Source: Marsupella aquatica (lineage: Eukaryota; Plantae; Marchantiophyta). From it: a stretch of DNA of 64,000 nucleotides. The position numbers were made by a program, and so were the translations under genes. Position 1 is the stretch's first letter. Each line of letters starts with the position of its first letter. The notes beneath the pieces are model-generated. The model was not told where the DNA came from and did no database searches. It worked only from the letters and a program-made list of their open reading frames with translations. This document shows, in pieces, positions 11,423 to 23,735 of this stretch. Where the stretch lies: contig OZ316899.1 of assembly GCA_973895155.1 (NCBI GenBank), forward strand, positions 4,901,241-4,965,240, written 5' to 3'.

Positions 11423-14400
11423 ATGGGTATGCCAGAAGAAGGACATGGATCAGAGTCACACTCCTCATCAAGTGATAGTGGAAGCAATAACCCTGATGAG
11501 GAGGTACCTCGGACGGATGAACAAGTAACCGATGACCAGGATAGAGCCATGAATGACTTTATGGTTGATTGGTTTGGTGCCGACAACCCTGGTGATGAAG
11601 TTAATAACCTTCCCAATGAAGGACAGGTGCCCCCCCAATGATCCACATCCAAGACATACCCCTGAGGGACAACGCCAATGGGAAGAAGCAGATGAACATG
11701 CCCAAACACCTATCTATGAGGGTGCTCGTTTGAGTCATCTTTCAGCCATCTTGGGGTTGATGAACCTACAAGCCAAACACAAGGCAAGCAATGCCTTGTT
11801 ATTTGATATGTTTGCACTTTGCCATGACCTTATGTTACCCACTGAGAATGTGTTGCCAGCAACTTGGAAGGAGGCAAAGAGTGTTCTCTCATCTATTGAC
11901 ATGGAATATCATATTGTTTATGCATGTGTGAATGATTGCATGTTATTTCATGGGGCCAATGCAAACAAGACACAATGTACAACATGTGATGAGCCTTGCT
12001 ATGACCCCAACATGCTAACAAAGAAGGTGCCAAGGAAGTCTGTTCATTGGTTTCCCATCATTCCTTGGTTGTTGCACATGTTTTGGTGTTCTGACTTGGC
12101 AGAGTTGATGGTATGGCATAAGACTCATCGATCAGAGTCTGGTGTCATGCAGTTGCCAATTGACTCCCCTGCTCACAAATATATTGAGGCAACATGGCCA
12201 GACTTTGTACATGATCCTTACCATGTGAGGCTAGGATTGACATCTGATGGATTTAGCCCTCATTCACCTGGAGGAAAGGGGCAACCTACATCAGTTTGGC
12301 CTATGGTTGTCATGAATTATAACCTCCCACCATGGCTATCCATGAAGAAGGGGTTCCTTTTCTTGTCTTTATTATCCCACGTCCAAAAAAGGTGAAGAAC
12401 TTTCCTCGAATGGATTTTTTACAAATTTTAATACCATGAAAGCCCCACGGATAGGGAGGCCAAAACCAGCCATTAACAATCAGTGAAAACACAAACAGAC
12501 ACCCCACCAGAAGGGAAACAACCACAAAGAAACCTAACACAGCCCCCAGCCAAGCCGGGGCTTGGCACCAACCCCCCCACAACAAAGGCCAACAGGGGCC
12601 TCACTCAGCCCAAGAGATGAAACACTGTTGACCAGAACATAGCCACAGTCGATAGTGCTCATCAAGCCACCTTCTGGCCTGTAATATCCTAGCATGTTTC
12701 CTACCCTGCGGAAAACGCCGGCTCACCGCAAACATATGATCAGCAGCCTCTGAGAGAACCAATCCAAAGTCAAAAGTGCGTCTGCCCCCCGGTTGAAACA
12801 TGTGCACATTACGTGCCCTCCAAACCATCCACAACATCTGGTACAACATAAAGATCTTCATTGTGTGAACAACATCTTTTCCTAGTGAGTCATCTAACAG
12901 AGTCATCAGATCCTCACCCAGGGGCAAATGAAGACCCCCCATCACTGCCCGATACAGCTGCCAACATCTAACAGCAAACCCACATCTAATGAACAAGTGT
13001 GCCAACGACTCCAGCAGCCCACTGCAACACTTACAATCCCCATTGCTTGCTTTGACACTTACTTGGCACTATTGGTTGGAGAACTTCAAAAATTATGGGA
13101 TGGAGTGTGGGCATATGATGGCAGGAAAATTACAGGAGGTTTTCCACATGTCTTTAAATTGAGAGGGATTATTTGTTGGACAATGCATGACTATCCTGGT
13201 AAGATGACTTCCATGCCATTTGCAACCCTTCAATAATGTGAAGTATATATTGTTGTTTCTCATGTGACAAACCTAACATAAAGTTTGCATGGTTTAATTT
13301 CTTCTGTGTAAGCAGGGTTTGGTTTTGTCTCTAGATTGCAAACTCAGGGGTACAAAGCTTGCTCTACTTGTGGCCCAAGCTTAGAGGACATGGCCACATA
13401 TTGTTCATGGATTAGAAAGATTGTTTATATTGGGCATACAAAGTTTCTTCCCATGGGGCATGAGATGAGGTTTGACCCACTTCTATTTTCCTCCTTTGAC
13501 ATGCCATTTGGTGATGAGCGTGAAATTCCTGATGCAACAAGTTTTGCATATTGGAAGTCACTAGCTGATAGGGTGGCAGACCCAAATGATTCCTTCACCT
13601 TTGATAGGACAAGTTTGACCGGGTGGAGTATACTAGCCACTTTGCCCTATTGGTCTGAGTTGAAGATCCGCCATCTCTTAGACCCCATGCACATAGAGGG
13701 AAATATGGGGAAGGTTTTGATAAAGCATTTTTATGGGGAGAAGGACACTAATTTTAGGGAGGCATGCGAGGAGATGGAAATGCATCCAGATGTTTGGGTG
13801 ACAACTGATCCTATCACAGGTGTGGAGAATTGTCCTTCTGCTCCTTGGGTGTTGAGTGTTGGCCAAAGACATGAATTTTGGAACCGTATAGGAGAGATGC
13901 GGTTTCCTACAGGCTATGGTGCCAACCTTCGGAAAGCTTTTGGGATGGAGGACAATCACAAGTGGCCACAATATCTGAAGACACATGACTATCATCATCT
14001 ATTGCAGCATATATTGCCAATGGCAATTATAGGTATAGGGAGTGAAGAAGTGCAAGATGCCATCTGGTCATTGGGTTGTTTGTTGAGATGGATATGCTAA
14101 AAGGAGATATATGTAGAAAAGATCCCTGGGATGGAGGTATTGGCAGTTGAGGTGGTATGCAGGTTGGAGAAAGCCCTCCCTCCTTCCTTCTTTGATTGTT
14201 AGGTTCATTTACTTGTGCATCTTGTGCGGGAGGTTGTCATTGCTAGTCCAATGCATTGTAGATGGATGTACTGGCTTGAGCGTTACATGGCGGTGTTGAA
14301 GGGTTATGTACGTAACCGTGCACGGGTGGAGGGAAGCATAGCTACAGGATACTTGGCAGTAGAGAGTATGTTTTATTGTAGTAACATTTTGGCCACCATT

Positions 14401-15509
14401 GATCCTACTTGTCCACGTACTTGGATGGAGGAGAGAGAAGAGGAGGAGGACCATTTAACAGGTGCCACAAAAACACGCATGTTGACATCAACAGAGTGGT
14501 TACAATTGACAACATTTATGTTGGGTAATAGTAATATCATGGATAAATGGAGAGAGTTTTATGAGAATGCCAAGAGAACAAGTCAAAGGGCAAGAATTTT
14601 TCCTAAGATGCATGAGTATATGAAGCAAAAGTTGCTTGAGTTGGATGACATGGTGACACAAGGAGGAGATGTGTCCCACTTTCCTACTATTAGAGATGAC
14701 GTTCGGACCATTGTTCATGGCCCTTTGAGAGTGGTGACATCCAACACGGCTATGTGGACACAAGGGAGACACTTCAGGTCCACTAGTACCTAATCTTTCT
14801 TCCTCTATTCATGTAGACCATATTTTCATTAGTTATTTCTATTGTTTAAAAACTTTCTGTTATCATTAATAACATCCATAACTGTAATGTTGGCTTCTAT
14901 ATTTATGCCATGGGCCATGCGGGTTTTGGCTATTTAGGGATGGGTGTCATATTTTGAGGATTATTACATTAATGGTGTCTTTTGTATAATAAAAAATTGT
15001 GGGTTTTGTTAATTTCAGGGTTTCTTCCCTTGATGAGAAGAGGGGTTGTACTTTTGATTGTGGAGTTCAAGGGGAATTTTCTCAAGACTCCCAAAGCAGC
15101 CGCCATGACATAAACATTGTTAGAAATGTTGTGCCACACTATGGGAAGATAGAGGAGATCTTGGTGGTATCATATGACAACCATTCAAAGTTTGAGGAAT
15201 ATGTCTTCAAGTGCAAGTGGTTCAAAGTGAACCTTGTTGGTCAAAATTGCACTGTACTTCAAGATGAGAGTGGGTTTACACGGTTGAAGACAAGTGCCAC
15301 TAGTGTTCAAGCATCTCATTGGCAAACATCATAACCATTTGCTTTCCTATCACACTTGGAGCAATGTTTCTACATTCCATACCCCTTAGACCCGGAGTGG
15401 TCAATTGTCATCACCTATGTGCCACATTCTTGTTCCATTGTTTCTGAGAAGCCAGATGTTATTGTATCAGACCTAGATGACCTTGAGACCGATGAGAACC
15501 AAGTGTGAG
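11423..15509 (+). pseudogene. CACTA transposase (Tnp2/Transposase_21 plus DUF4218-like), decayed and interrupted by an L1 fragment
   Basis: YACVNDCMLF, VRLGLTSDGFSP, SVWPMVVMNYNLPPWLSMKK, WTMHDYPG, RHLLDPMHIEGN, LKTHDYH, RWMYWLERYM..LKGYVRNRARVEGSI, YGKIEEI..FKCKWF. Confidence 0.95.
12404..13049 (-). mobile_element. 5'-truncated L1 LINE fragment (ORF2 C-terminus and 3' UTR), antisense in the CACTA transposase
   Basis: ORF 12601-13005 is homologous to the end of the full L1 ORF2 (MFQPGGRRTFDFGLVLSEA vs MFQTGGRRVFDLGLVLSEA). Flanked by CTTT at 12400-12403 and 13050-13053; removal restores KKVKNFDTYLALLV. Confidence 0.9.
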
Positions 15510-15544
15510 GGACATATTTATATGCACTTGGGTCCACCGCCTAG

Positions 15545-16904
15545 TGTGACGCCGCCGGTACGGTGAGTAATGAGTAATTTGGTCTAAACCGCGCTTAGCA
15601 CGCGCGTTAGGGGTATCTTAGGCCGCTATTTTTAGCATAACGACAATATTTAGGTAACCATTATGAGTAGGAAATCATTAGTCAATAAGGGGAATTCATG
15701 TTTGGACTGGCGGCGTGTCGCCATTCGCACGCCCGGGTTGAGAGCGTGGAGGGGCCCCTCCCTCGAGTCCGTATAACAAACTTAGGGAAGTGGCCACTGA
15801 CACACACTGACTCAGACCGGCAGAGTGGCCGGTACACTACAAGCGTGAACGGTTTAGCCTATAAGCAACGAGGAGACGTCGGGTGATTGACGAGCCCTCA
15901 AGGTATAAAAGGGGAGCCGACCCTTTGTAGTGCACCAGTCCATCAGTCCACGCGCCAGCTTTGACCCCAGCTCTCTTGTTTTCTCTTAGTTGCCACTGCT
16001 ATCTCCTCTGAATGTCGCACACGATCCTCTCCAGTTCGGCCATTTGATTCTGGACGCAGTTCCTATCTATCGGAAGACACTTGGCCGACTCATTGAAACA
16101 CGCCAACCCGCGCCGATACGAAATCGAACGCGAGTACGAGAGAGCCATCCGCCTAGCAGGACGACACCACTATATCCTTAACTTTGACTACCCGTCTCAG
16201 AGCGAGCTTTACCGACCAGCAGAGGTATTAGGGTACTTCTTCAATGAAGACAAATATATCGGTTTCTGGGAAGCATTGCTTTGGCTTCCGGATGAGGTCT
16301 TCAATATCCCAGGTACGATTGACTTGCAATGGCATCACTTTGACCACATCCCTGCTCAGGTTCGGGCTATCATCAACAACGAGTCCAGCACTACCCGTTC
16401 GACAAGGCCATCTGCACTTGCTTCGGAGAACTTATACCAGCACCTGCAGAGCTTCATGGGAACTAGACCCTCAACCGCCGGCGCCGGCCCAGTCGGCCCC
16501 ATACCCGTACCCGCACCAACGCAGACTCAGGCTCAGGCTCAGGCTCAGGCTCAGCCTAGCCAACCCCCACCGCCGATTGCCCCGCCAGTACAAGTACGCT
16601 CCGTCATCAACGCTGTGGACCTTAGCGATGACAACGAGGCTACCCCATCCTTGCTCAGGCGGCCCAGAGGAGCGAACACTCAGGGGGCCGACACTACATT
16701 GTCCCCTCCCCATGTCCGGACCCAAGGAGCGGCTCCAGCAGACAACACGGTGACCGTGGCCACCCCGAGCCCAATACTAATGGCGGTAGTACTACCTATG
16801 CCCGATCGAGAGGATGGGGAGGTGTCACCCTCCCCAAGCCAGTCATGGGGGAAGAAGAGGAAGGAACCCGCTGCTGCATCCGGGTTACCAATGGCCACGG
16901 TAGC
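15545..16904 (+). repeat. 5' LTR of element A, first segment
   Basis: Near-identical to 29696-~31050; TATAAAA at 15904-15910. Confidence 0.92.
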
Positions 16905-19900
16905 TGTGACACCACCGGTACGGCGGTTAATGAGTGATTCGGTCTAACTGCGCTCGGCACGCGCGTTAGGAGTGTCTTAGACCGCTATTATTAGCATAAC
17001 GATAGTATTTAGGTAATCATTATGGGTAGGATATCATTAGGCAATAAGGGGGAATTCAGGTTCGGACTGGCGGCTGGTCGCTATTCGCACACCCGGGTTA
17101 CGAGCGTGGAGGGGCCCCTCCCTCGGGTCTGTATAACGAACTTAAGGAAGCGGCCACTGACACGCGCTGACTCAGACCGGCGGAGTGGCCGGCACACCAC
17201 AAGCGTGAACGGTTCAGCCTATGGGCGTCGAGGAGACGTCGGGGGATCGACAAGCCCTCAAGGTATAAAAGGGGAGCCAACCCTTTGTAGTGCACCAGTC
17301 CATCAGTCCACGCGCCAGCTTCGACCCCAGCTCTCTCGTTCGCTCTAAGTCGCCACTACTATCTCCTCTGAATGTCGCACACGATCCTCTCCAGCTCGGC
17401 CATTCGATTCTGGATGCAGTTCCTATCTACCGGAAGGCACTTGGCCGACTCATTGAAACACGCCAACCCGCGCTGATACGAAATCGAACGCGAGTACGAG
17501 CGAGCCATCCGCCTAGCAGGACAACACCACTACATCCTTAACTTTGACTACCCATCTCAGAGCGAGCTTTACCGACCAGCAGAGGTATCCGGGTACTTCT
17601 TCAACGGAGACAAATATATCGGGTTCTGGGAAGCATTGCTTCGGCTTCCGGATGAGGTCTTCAATATCCCGGGTACGATCGACTTGCAGCGACATCACTT
17701 CAACCACATCCCTGCTCAGGTTCGGGCTATCATCAACAGCGAGTCCAGCACTACTCGTTCGACAAGGTCGTCTGCCCTCGCTTCGGAGAACTTCTACCAG
17801 CACCTACAGAGCTTCATAGGAGCTCGGCCAACAACCAACATGACCAACTCAGTTGTACCCGTACCCATACCCGTATAACCTCAGGCTCAGCTTCAGCTTC
17901 AGCCTCAGCCGCAGCCTAGCCAAACCCCACCACCGATCGCCCAACCAGCACAAGTACGCTCCGTCATCAACGCTGTGGATCTTAGCGATGACGACGAGGC
18001 TACCCTACCCTTGACCAGGCGGCCCAGAGGAACAAGCGCTCAGGGGGCCGATACTATATCGTCCCCACCCCCTGCTCTGACCCCAGGAGCGGCCCCGACA
18101 GACAACATGGTGACCGTGGCCGACCCGCGCCCGTTACTAACGGCAGTAGCACTACCCAGGCCCGATTGGGAGGATGGGGAGGTGTCACCTTCCCCAAGCC
18201 AGTCACGGGGGAAGAAGAGGAAGGAATCCGCCACTGCATCCGGGTTACCATTGGCCACGGTAGCCGTGGCCAAGGTGACGATGCACCGCATGGGGGAAAA
18301 CGTTCACAAAAACATCCTCCATCCCAAGCATGCGGTGTACCTAAAGACTCAGGGATTCGAGCACCTCGCCTCCCTCCCCTGGAACACTTGCAGGTACTAC
18401 GGGGAGGACATGACGGAGTTCATCAGGAATTATGACGACGCGCGTCAACATACTCGGCTACGGGGAAGGAGTATGTCCCTCACGGAAGAACGGCTCAGGA
18501 TGATCTTCGGGTTACCCGAAGGTGACCATCGAGTCGAATCACGGGCTCCCGGGGGCAAGGGAGCCAAGTACCAATCTTCAAGTTTTCCCTCAGAGGGAGC
18601 AGTGGACAACGGGTTCGTGATGAAAACCTGCCTCATCCCCGAGATAGCTGAGCGACTGGAGTTCCAGAGGTACGGCCTCCACATGATGGAACCCCGGGGG
18701 GAGATCTCCGCCGCCCAGGTTATCCAGGTCGAGAACTATCGACCTAGGAGGTGGGCATCGTACTTCGCTAAGAAATTCCATGAAGAGATGGAGCGGCGAA
18801 GGAAGACGCTGTACATTGGCGGGAAGGCGTATTTCGCTAGCCACATCGAGATCATTCTTGAGTGGTACGCCCGGTTTGATCGATGAACCCTTCCCGTGTC
18901 AACGTTACAAAGCTGGTCCCAGCTAGGTGGGTTTTCCCGGCCTTGGAGAGACGGCCCCAGCCCGAGGCCCGAAGTCCAGCGGACACGCCAGCTTCACCCA
19001 CCCCACCTCCACAAGTAGCTGTAGTTGTAACCGAGGAGGTACCGGATGGGTCGGGTGTCGCAACCGTTGATGCGACCCAACAGGCCAGGCTAAGTACAGA
19101 AGTCGGTACGGCGAAGGTCTTACCCGAGCCCGGTTCTCCCAAAGACCCACCGGTGGCTATTCCGGAGAACCGGACATTGCTACAGGAGGACGCTCCAGCC
19201 CCTTCCAACGTTATGTCCCCAGGGCTGGACGTCACTGCCCCGGCCCCCGCGCGTGTGGACGTCTGCCCGTGCCCAACTCCGGACAGGCACAACCTGGACC
19301 ACCCGGAACTCTTCGTACCGGGTACATTTCTGAACGGGCTTCTGGGAGATTTCTCTCATCAAATTGCCCGGGATACCGGGGAGTTCATGGCCCGGAAGGT
19401 AGTCTGTTTCTTCAATCAGGAGTTGGTTGCCGCAGTAAAGGCAGGTCGGGCCCAGTCAGAGGCCCTTCAGAGGATAGAGCGGCATCGGGTGGAGTCCGTG
19501 TACCTAAAGAATGAAGTTGCGGCTCAAGAGGCTGAGCTTCGGCAACTACGACCCAAGGTTGCAGCCGCCGATGAGTTGTTAGCAAAGGCGCACGCTCTTA
19601 CCGCCCTAGTCGAACAGGCCAAAGCTGGGAACGAAGCCGAGATTACACGACTCCGGAACCAGATTGACAGTTTGAAGAATCAAACTGTCACCTGGCAGAA
19701 AGACCTGGAGGAGGCCGAGGAACAGGCCCAGCGGGACACGGCGGAGATAGCCACGCTGCAGGCCGAGGTGGCGCGGCTCCAAACCGAGGCCGAGAAGCAG
19801 GACCAGCTGGCGGGTAAACTGACAAGTGACGCCCAGTAGTTGGAGGAGGCTTGTCAGGAGGCAGCGGAGGAGACGGACGCGGCGAGGCGAGAGAACGAAT

Positions 19901-20909
19901 CTCTGCTGGACCAGGTCCAACTCCTCAAGGCGGACAATGACAGGCTTCGAAGGCAGCGGGATGGCCGCTCCCATTCAGGTGGCTCTGGCAAGCGTGCCAG
20001 GCATTAGTGGCGGAGTAGGAATAGAGTAGGATTAGGACTAGCTTAGTCAGGCTCTTGGGATAGGCACCTACCTTAGGTACAACTTCGCTGCCGTGCTGTC
20101 CAGCCTGCATAGATTAGGATCTTCTAATAAGACACAGCCGTTTCCGGCCTGACTGTCAGCTTAGTTAGGACTGTAGTCAGTGAATCTTCGGCGAGAGGAC
20201 ACCCTGTCCCTCGGCCCTTAGTATTTAGTGCACCCCTCGGTAGAGTCAAGGGGGGGGGGGGGTTTTAGTTGCAAAGTTGGGCGTCCACGGTATGTGCGGG
20301 GAGTCCCGACCTCTGGGAATGAAAGAGTACCAAGGGGAGGGGGTAGGACTAAGCTCGTTGGGCGAGTGCGGAGCCGGGCTCCGTTGTAGTGTGCACCCTC
20401 GGCCTTGAACCTGTTCATTCCGGGGCTGTCGGGTCAACTAAGTGTACGCATATGTTCCCTTTGTAGTAAAATCCTTTCCCATCATTTTCCTTCGTGTAAA
20501 TCGAGATTGTATGCATGTGCGCGTGTATGTGTATGGGTTTCTCATATATGGGTGGCAGCGCCAGGCCGAACGCACTACCCGAAACGTGCACAGGGTGCAA
20601 CCTGCGGGTAAGTGGTTGCGAGCACGGGTTGAGGACCTGTATCATCGAATCCGGATCGAAGGCGGACAGCACGAAGGCTTAGAAGTCCTTAAGCCGGGAT
20701 CGATCCTGCTATCGACTAAGGTATGTTCCGGCGGCGGAACACAAACCATACCTAGGAGGTGTCCGTATTTAGCAGTATGCGCACTTAGCGCTAGTTTACG
20801 AGAATAAGGTGCATTACGTGCTTCCCTTCCTGCCCGAACCCTCAGATTTACGAGGGATGTGCCCGTCTAAGCTGAAGTCTGAGTTAAGGCCGCAGCCGAT
20901 GACGTGACA
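16905..20909 (+). repeat. Complete 5' LTR of a related element B, inserted into the 5' LTR of A
   Basis: A new TGTGAC start at 16905, colinear with the whole 3' LTR but more diverged. It ends GTGACA at 20909 and is followed by a primer-binding site (PBS) and gag. Confidence 0.92.
17372..20007 (+). pseudogene. LTR-embedded ORF of ~880 codons: plant-transposon-protein-like domain plus C-terminal coiled coil
   Basis: MSHTILSSSAIRFWMQFLSTG... to ...GGSGKRARH*; fragments 17636-17878, 17975-18886 and 18883-19839; core EHLASLPW..EFIRNY..LRGRSMSLTEERLRMIFGLPEG. Confidence 0.8.
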
Positions 20910-20922
20910 TAGCCTTTGTTTT

Positions 20923-20941
20923 TGGCGCTAGATGGAGGGGG
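20923..20941 (+). promoter_or_regulatory. PBS of element B (TGGCGCTAGATGGAGGGGG)
   Basis: TGG-starting motif 13 nt after the LTR end; identical copy at 23620. Confidence 0.7.
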
Positions 20942-21033
20942 CACTCTACATATCGTAGAGGGGAGACATGTGCGTATTCACCTAGGCAGGATACATCAGG
21001 ACATAGTACTAACCATCGCATTTATATGAGTAA

Positions 21034-22068
21034 ATGCCCGTCACTCGTTCTCAAGCAGCTTACTTGAGAAGATTGACAGCAAACGAGAAAGTGCAACCAT
21101 GACAAGTTCCGATTCTTCGGACTCGGAAGACTCGCACTCGCCCCGACATATGAACATACCCCCGGGACCTTCGGGGTCCGGTTCGACCGGTCCTCCTGCG
21201 GTTCCACCGCCACCACCACCACCACCACCACCTATGGCAGCCGCTCCACCGATGGCCCGCGCTGCTCAAGCTCCTCCACAAATATCGCAACGATCATGAT
21301 TTCATTATCAACCTTTCAAGGGGCGTCATGGGGATGATCCGGATGAATGGTTGGATGAGTTTGAAGCCACTGCCAAAGCTAATGGGGAAGACGCCATTAA
21401 GCTAACCATCCTCCCGGGAGTGATGCGGGGAGAAGCTCGTCCATGGTACAACTCGTTGCCACCCGGGACTACATGGGCACAATTCCAAGCTGCATTGCTG
21501 CAGGAGTTTCGTGCCATTGGATCGGAACAGCGTTCTCTATTAAAGATTGGCCAGCTTTGCATGGGAAAGAAGGAGTCCCTGCGGAAGTTCATTCAGAAGT
21601 TTCAGAAACTTGCAGCCAAGATCCGGCCCAGGCCGGGAGACGCGCTCCAGCTTACATGGTTCCTTCATGGTTTGCCCAGGAATATGCAATTCTGGGTACG
21701 CCAGAATAATCCGATTTCAATGCAGGCGGCCATAGCGTGCGCCGAAACTTACCGGGAGTCCACCTATAACTCCCGGCGGAGCCAGCGAGCACGCTGCAAG
21801 AAGGGTAAGTACGAGACCTTCAGTGACAGTGACTCCGAATCGGACGACGAGAGGAAGAAGAAACGCAAGAAGAAAAAGAAACATCGTTCGACCTCGTCCA
21901 GCTCGGAGACGGAATCCAGTTCGGATTCAGCTTCAAGCACCGGATCCTCTACCTCCAGTTCATCAGGAAGCGACTCGGAGAGCGAAAGCCGGAGCAAAAA
22001 GAAGAAGAGACGAGTGAAGAAGGAGGGGAAGATCAAACCCCGGGCGCGAAGAATGATACCAGATCCAA
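21034..22068 (+). pseudogene. gag of element B, truncated by a deletion
   Basis: PFKGRHGDDPDEWLDEFE...GEARPWY...WFLHGLP; sequence switches abruptly to mid-LTR sequence at ~22069. Confidence 0.88.
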
Positions 22069-23606
22069 AGGATGCCGGGGAGTTCATGGCCCAGAAGGTA
22101 CCCTGTTTCTTCAATCAGGAGTTGGTTGCCATAGTAAAGGCAGGTTGGGCCCAGTCAGAGGCCCATCAGAGGATAGAGCGGTACCGGGTGGAGTCCGTAT
22201 ACTTAAAGAACGAAGTTGCGGCTCAAGAGGCTGAGCTTCTGCAGCTACGACCCAAAGTTGCAGCCGCCGATGAGTTGTTAGCAAAGGTGCAAGCCCTTAC
22301 CGCCCTAGCCAAATAGGCCAAAGCTGGAAACGAGGCCGAGGTTGCACGACTCCGGAACCAGATTGATAGTTTGAAGAATCAAATTGTCATCTGGCAGAAA
22401 GACTTGGAGGAGGCCGAAGAACGGGCCTAGCGGGACACTACGGAGATAGCCACGCTACAGGCCAAAGTAGCGTGGCTCCAAACCAAAGCCGAGAAGCAGG
22501 ACCAGGTGGTGGGCAAGTTGACGAGCGACGCCCAGCAGCTGGAGGAGGCATGCCAGGAGGCAGCGGAGGAGACGGACGCGGCAAAGCGAGAGAACGAATC
22601 TCTGCTAGACCAGGTCCAGCTTCTCAAGGCGGACAACGACAGACTTCGTAAGCAGCGGGATGGCCGCTCCCACTCGGGCGGCTCTGGCAAGCATGCCAGG
22701 CATTAGCGGCGGAGTAGGAATAGAATAGGGTTAGGAATAGCTAAATCAGGCTATGGTAACAGGAACCTGCCCTAGTTAGAGCAGCACCGCCATGCTGTCT
22801 AGCCTGCGTAGGTTAGGTAGGATCTTCTAATAAGACACAGCCGTTTTGCGGCCTGACAGTCAGATTAGTTAGAACCTAAGTCAGCGAATCTTGGGGCGGG
22901 AGGACACTTCGTTCCTCGGCCCTTAGTATTTAGTGCACCCCTCGGTAGAGGCAAGGGGGGGTTTTAGTCTCAGTGTTGGACATCCGCGGTATGTGCGGGG
23001 AGTCCCAACCTCTGGGAGTGAAAGAGTACCAAGGGGAGGGTGTAAGACTAAGCTTGCTGGGCGAGTGCGGAGCCGGGCTCCGTTGTAGTGTACACCCTCG
23101 GGCTCGGACCTGTTCACTCCAAAGCATTTGGGTCAACTAAGTGTACGCGTATGTCTCTTATGGAGTAAAATCCCTTCCCATTATTTCCTTCGTGTAAATT
23201 GAGATTTTATGCTTGTGTGTATGTATGTGTGTGAATCTCGTGTATAGGTGCCAACGCTTGGCCGAACGCACTACCCAAGTAGTGCACGGGGTGCAGCTTG
23301 CATGTACGTGGTTGCGAGCCCGGGTTGAGCACCCATATCATCAAAATCCGTATCGAAGGCGGACAATACGAAGGCTTAGAAGCCCTTAAGCCAGGGTCGA
23401 TCCTACTATCGAGTGAGGTATGTTCCGTCGGTGGAACACAAACCATACCTAGGAGGTGTCTGTATATGACGATAGGCGCACTTAGCGGTATTTTACGTAA
23501 GTTGGGTGCATTCCGTGCCTCCCTCCCTGCCCGAACCCTCATTTTGACAAAGGGTGTGCCTATTTAAGCCGAAGCCCGGAGTAAGGCCAAGGCTGACGAC
23601 GTGACA
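22069..23606 (+). repeat. 5' LTR of element A, last segment
   Basis: Matches ~32158-33695 much better than it matches LTR B; ends GTGACA at 23606. Confidence 0.9.
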
Positions 23607-23619
23607 TAGCCTTTGTTTT

Positions 23620-23638
23620 TGGCGCTAGATGGAGGGGG
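23620..23638 (+). promoter_or_regulatory. PBS of element A
   Basis: TGGCGCTAGATGGAGGGGG just after the LTR. Confidence 0.7.
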
Positions 23639-23735
23639 CACTCTACGTGTAGTAGAGGGGAGACATGTGTGGGTGCACCTGGGCAGAATACACCAGGCCC
23701 GTGTGAGTTACTAACCATCGCGTGTATATGAGTAA

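Noticed and set aside
21351-22316. 321-aa gag fusion protein as a novel gene
   Set aside because: It is an artefact of the deletion joining gag B to the LTR ORF.
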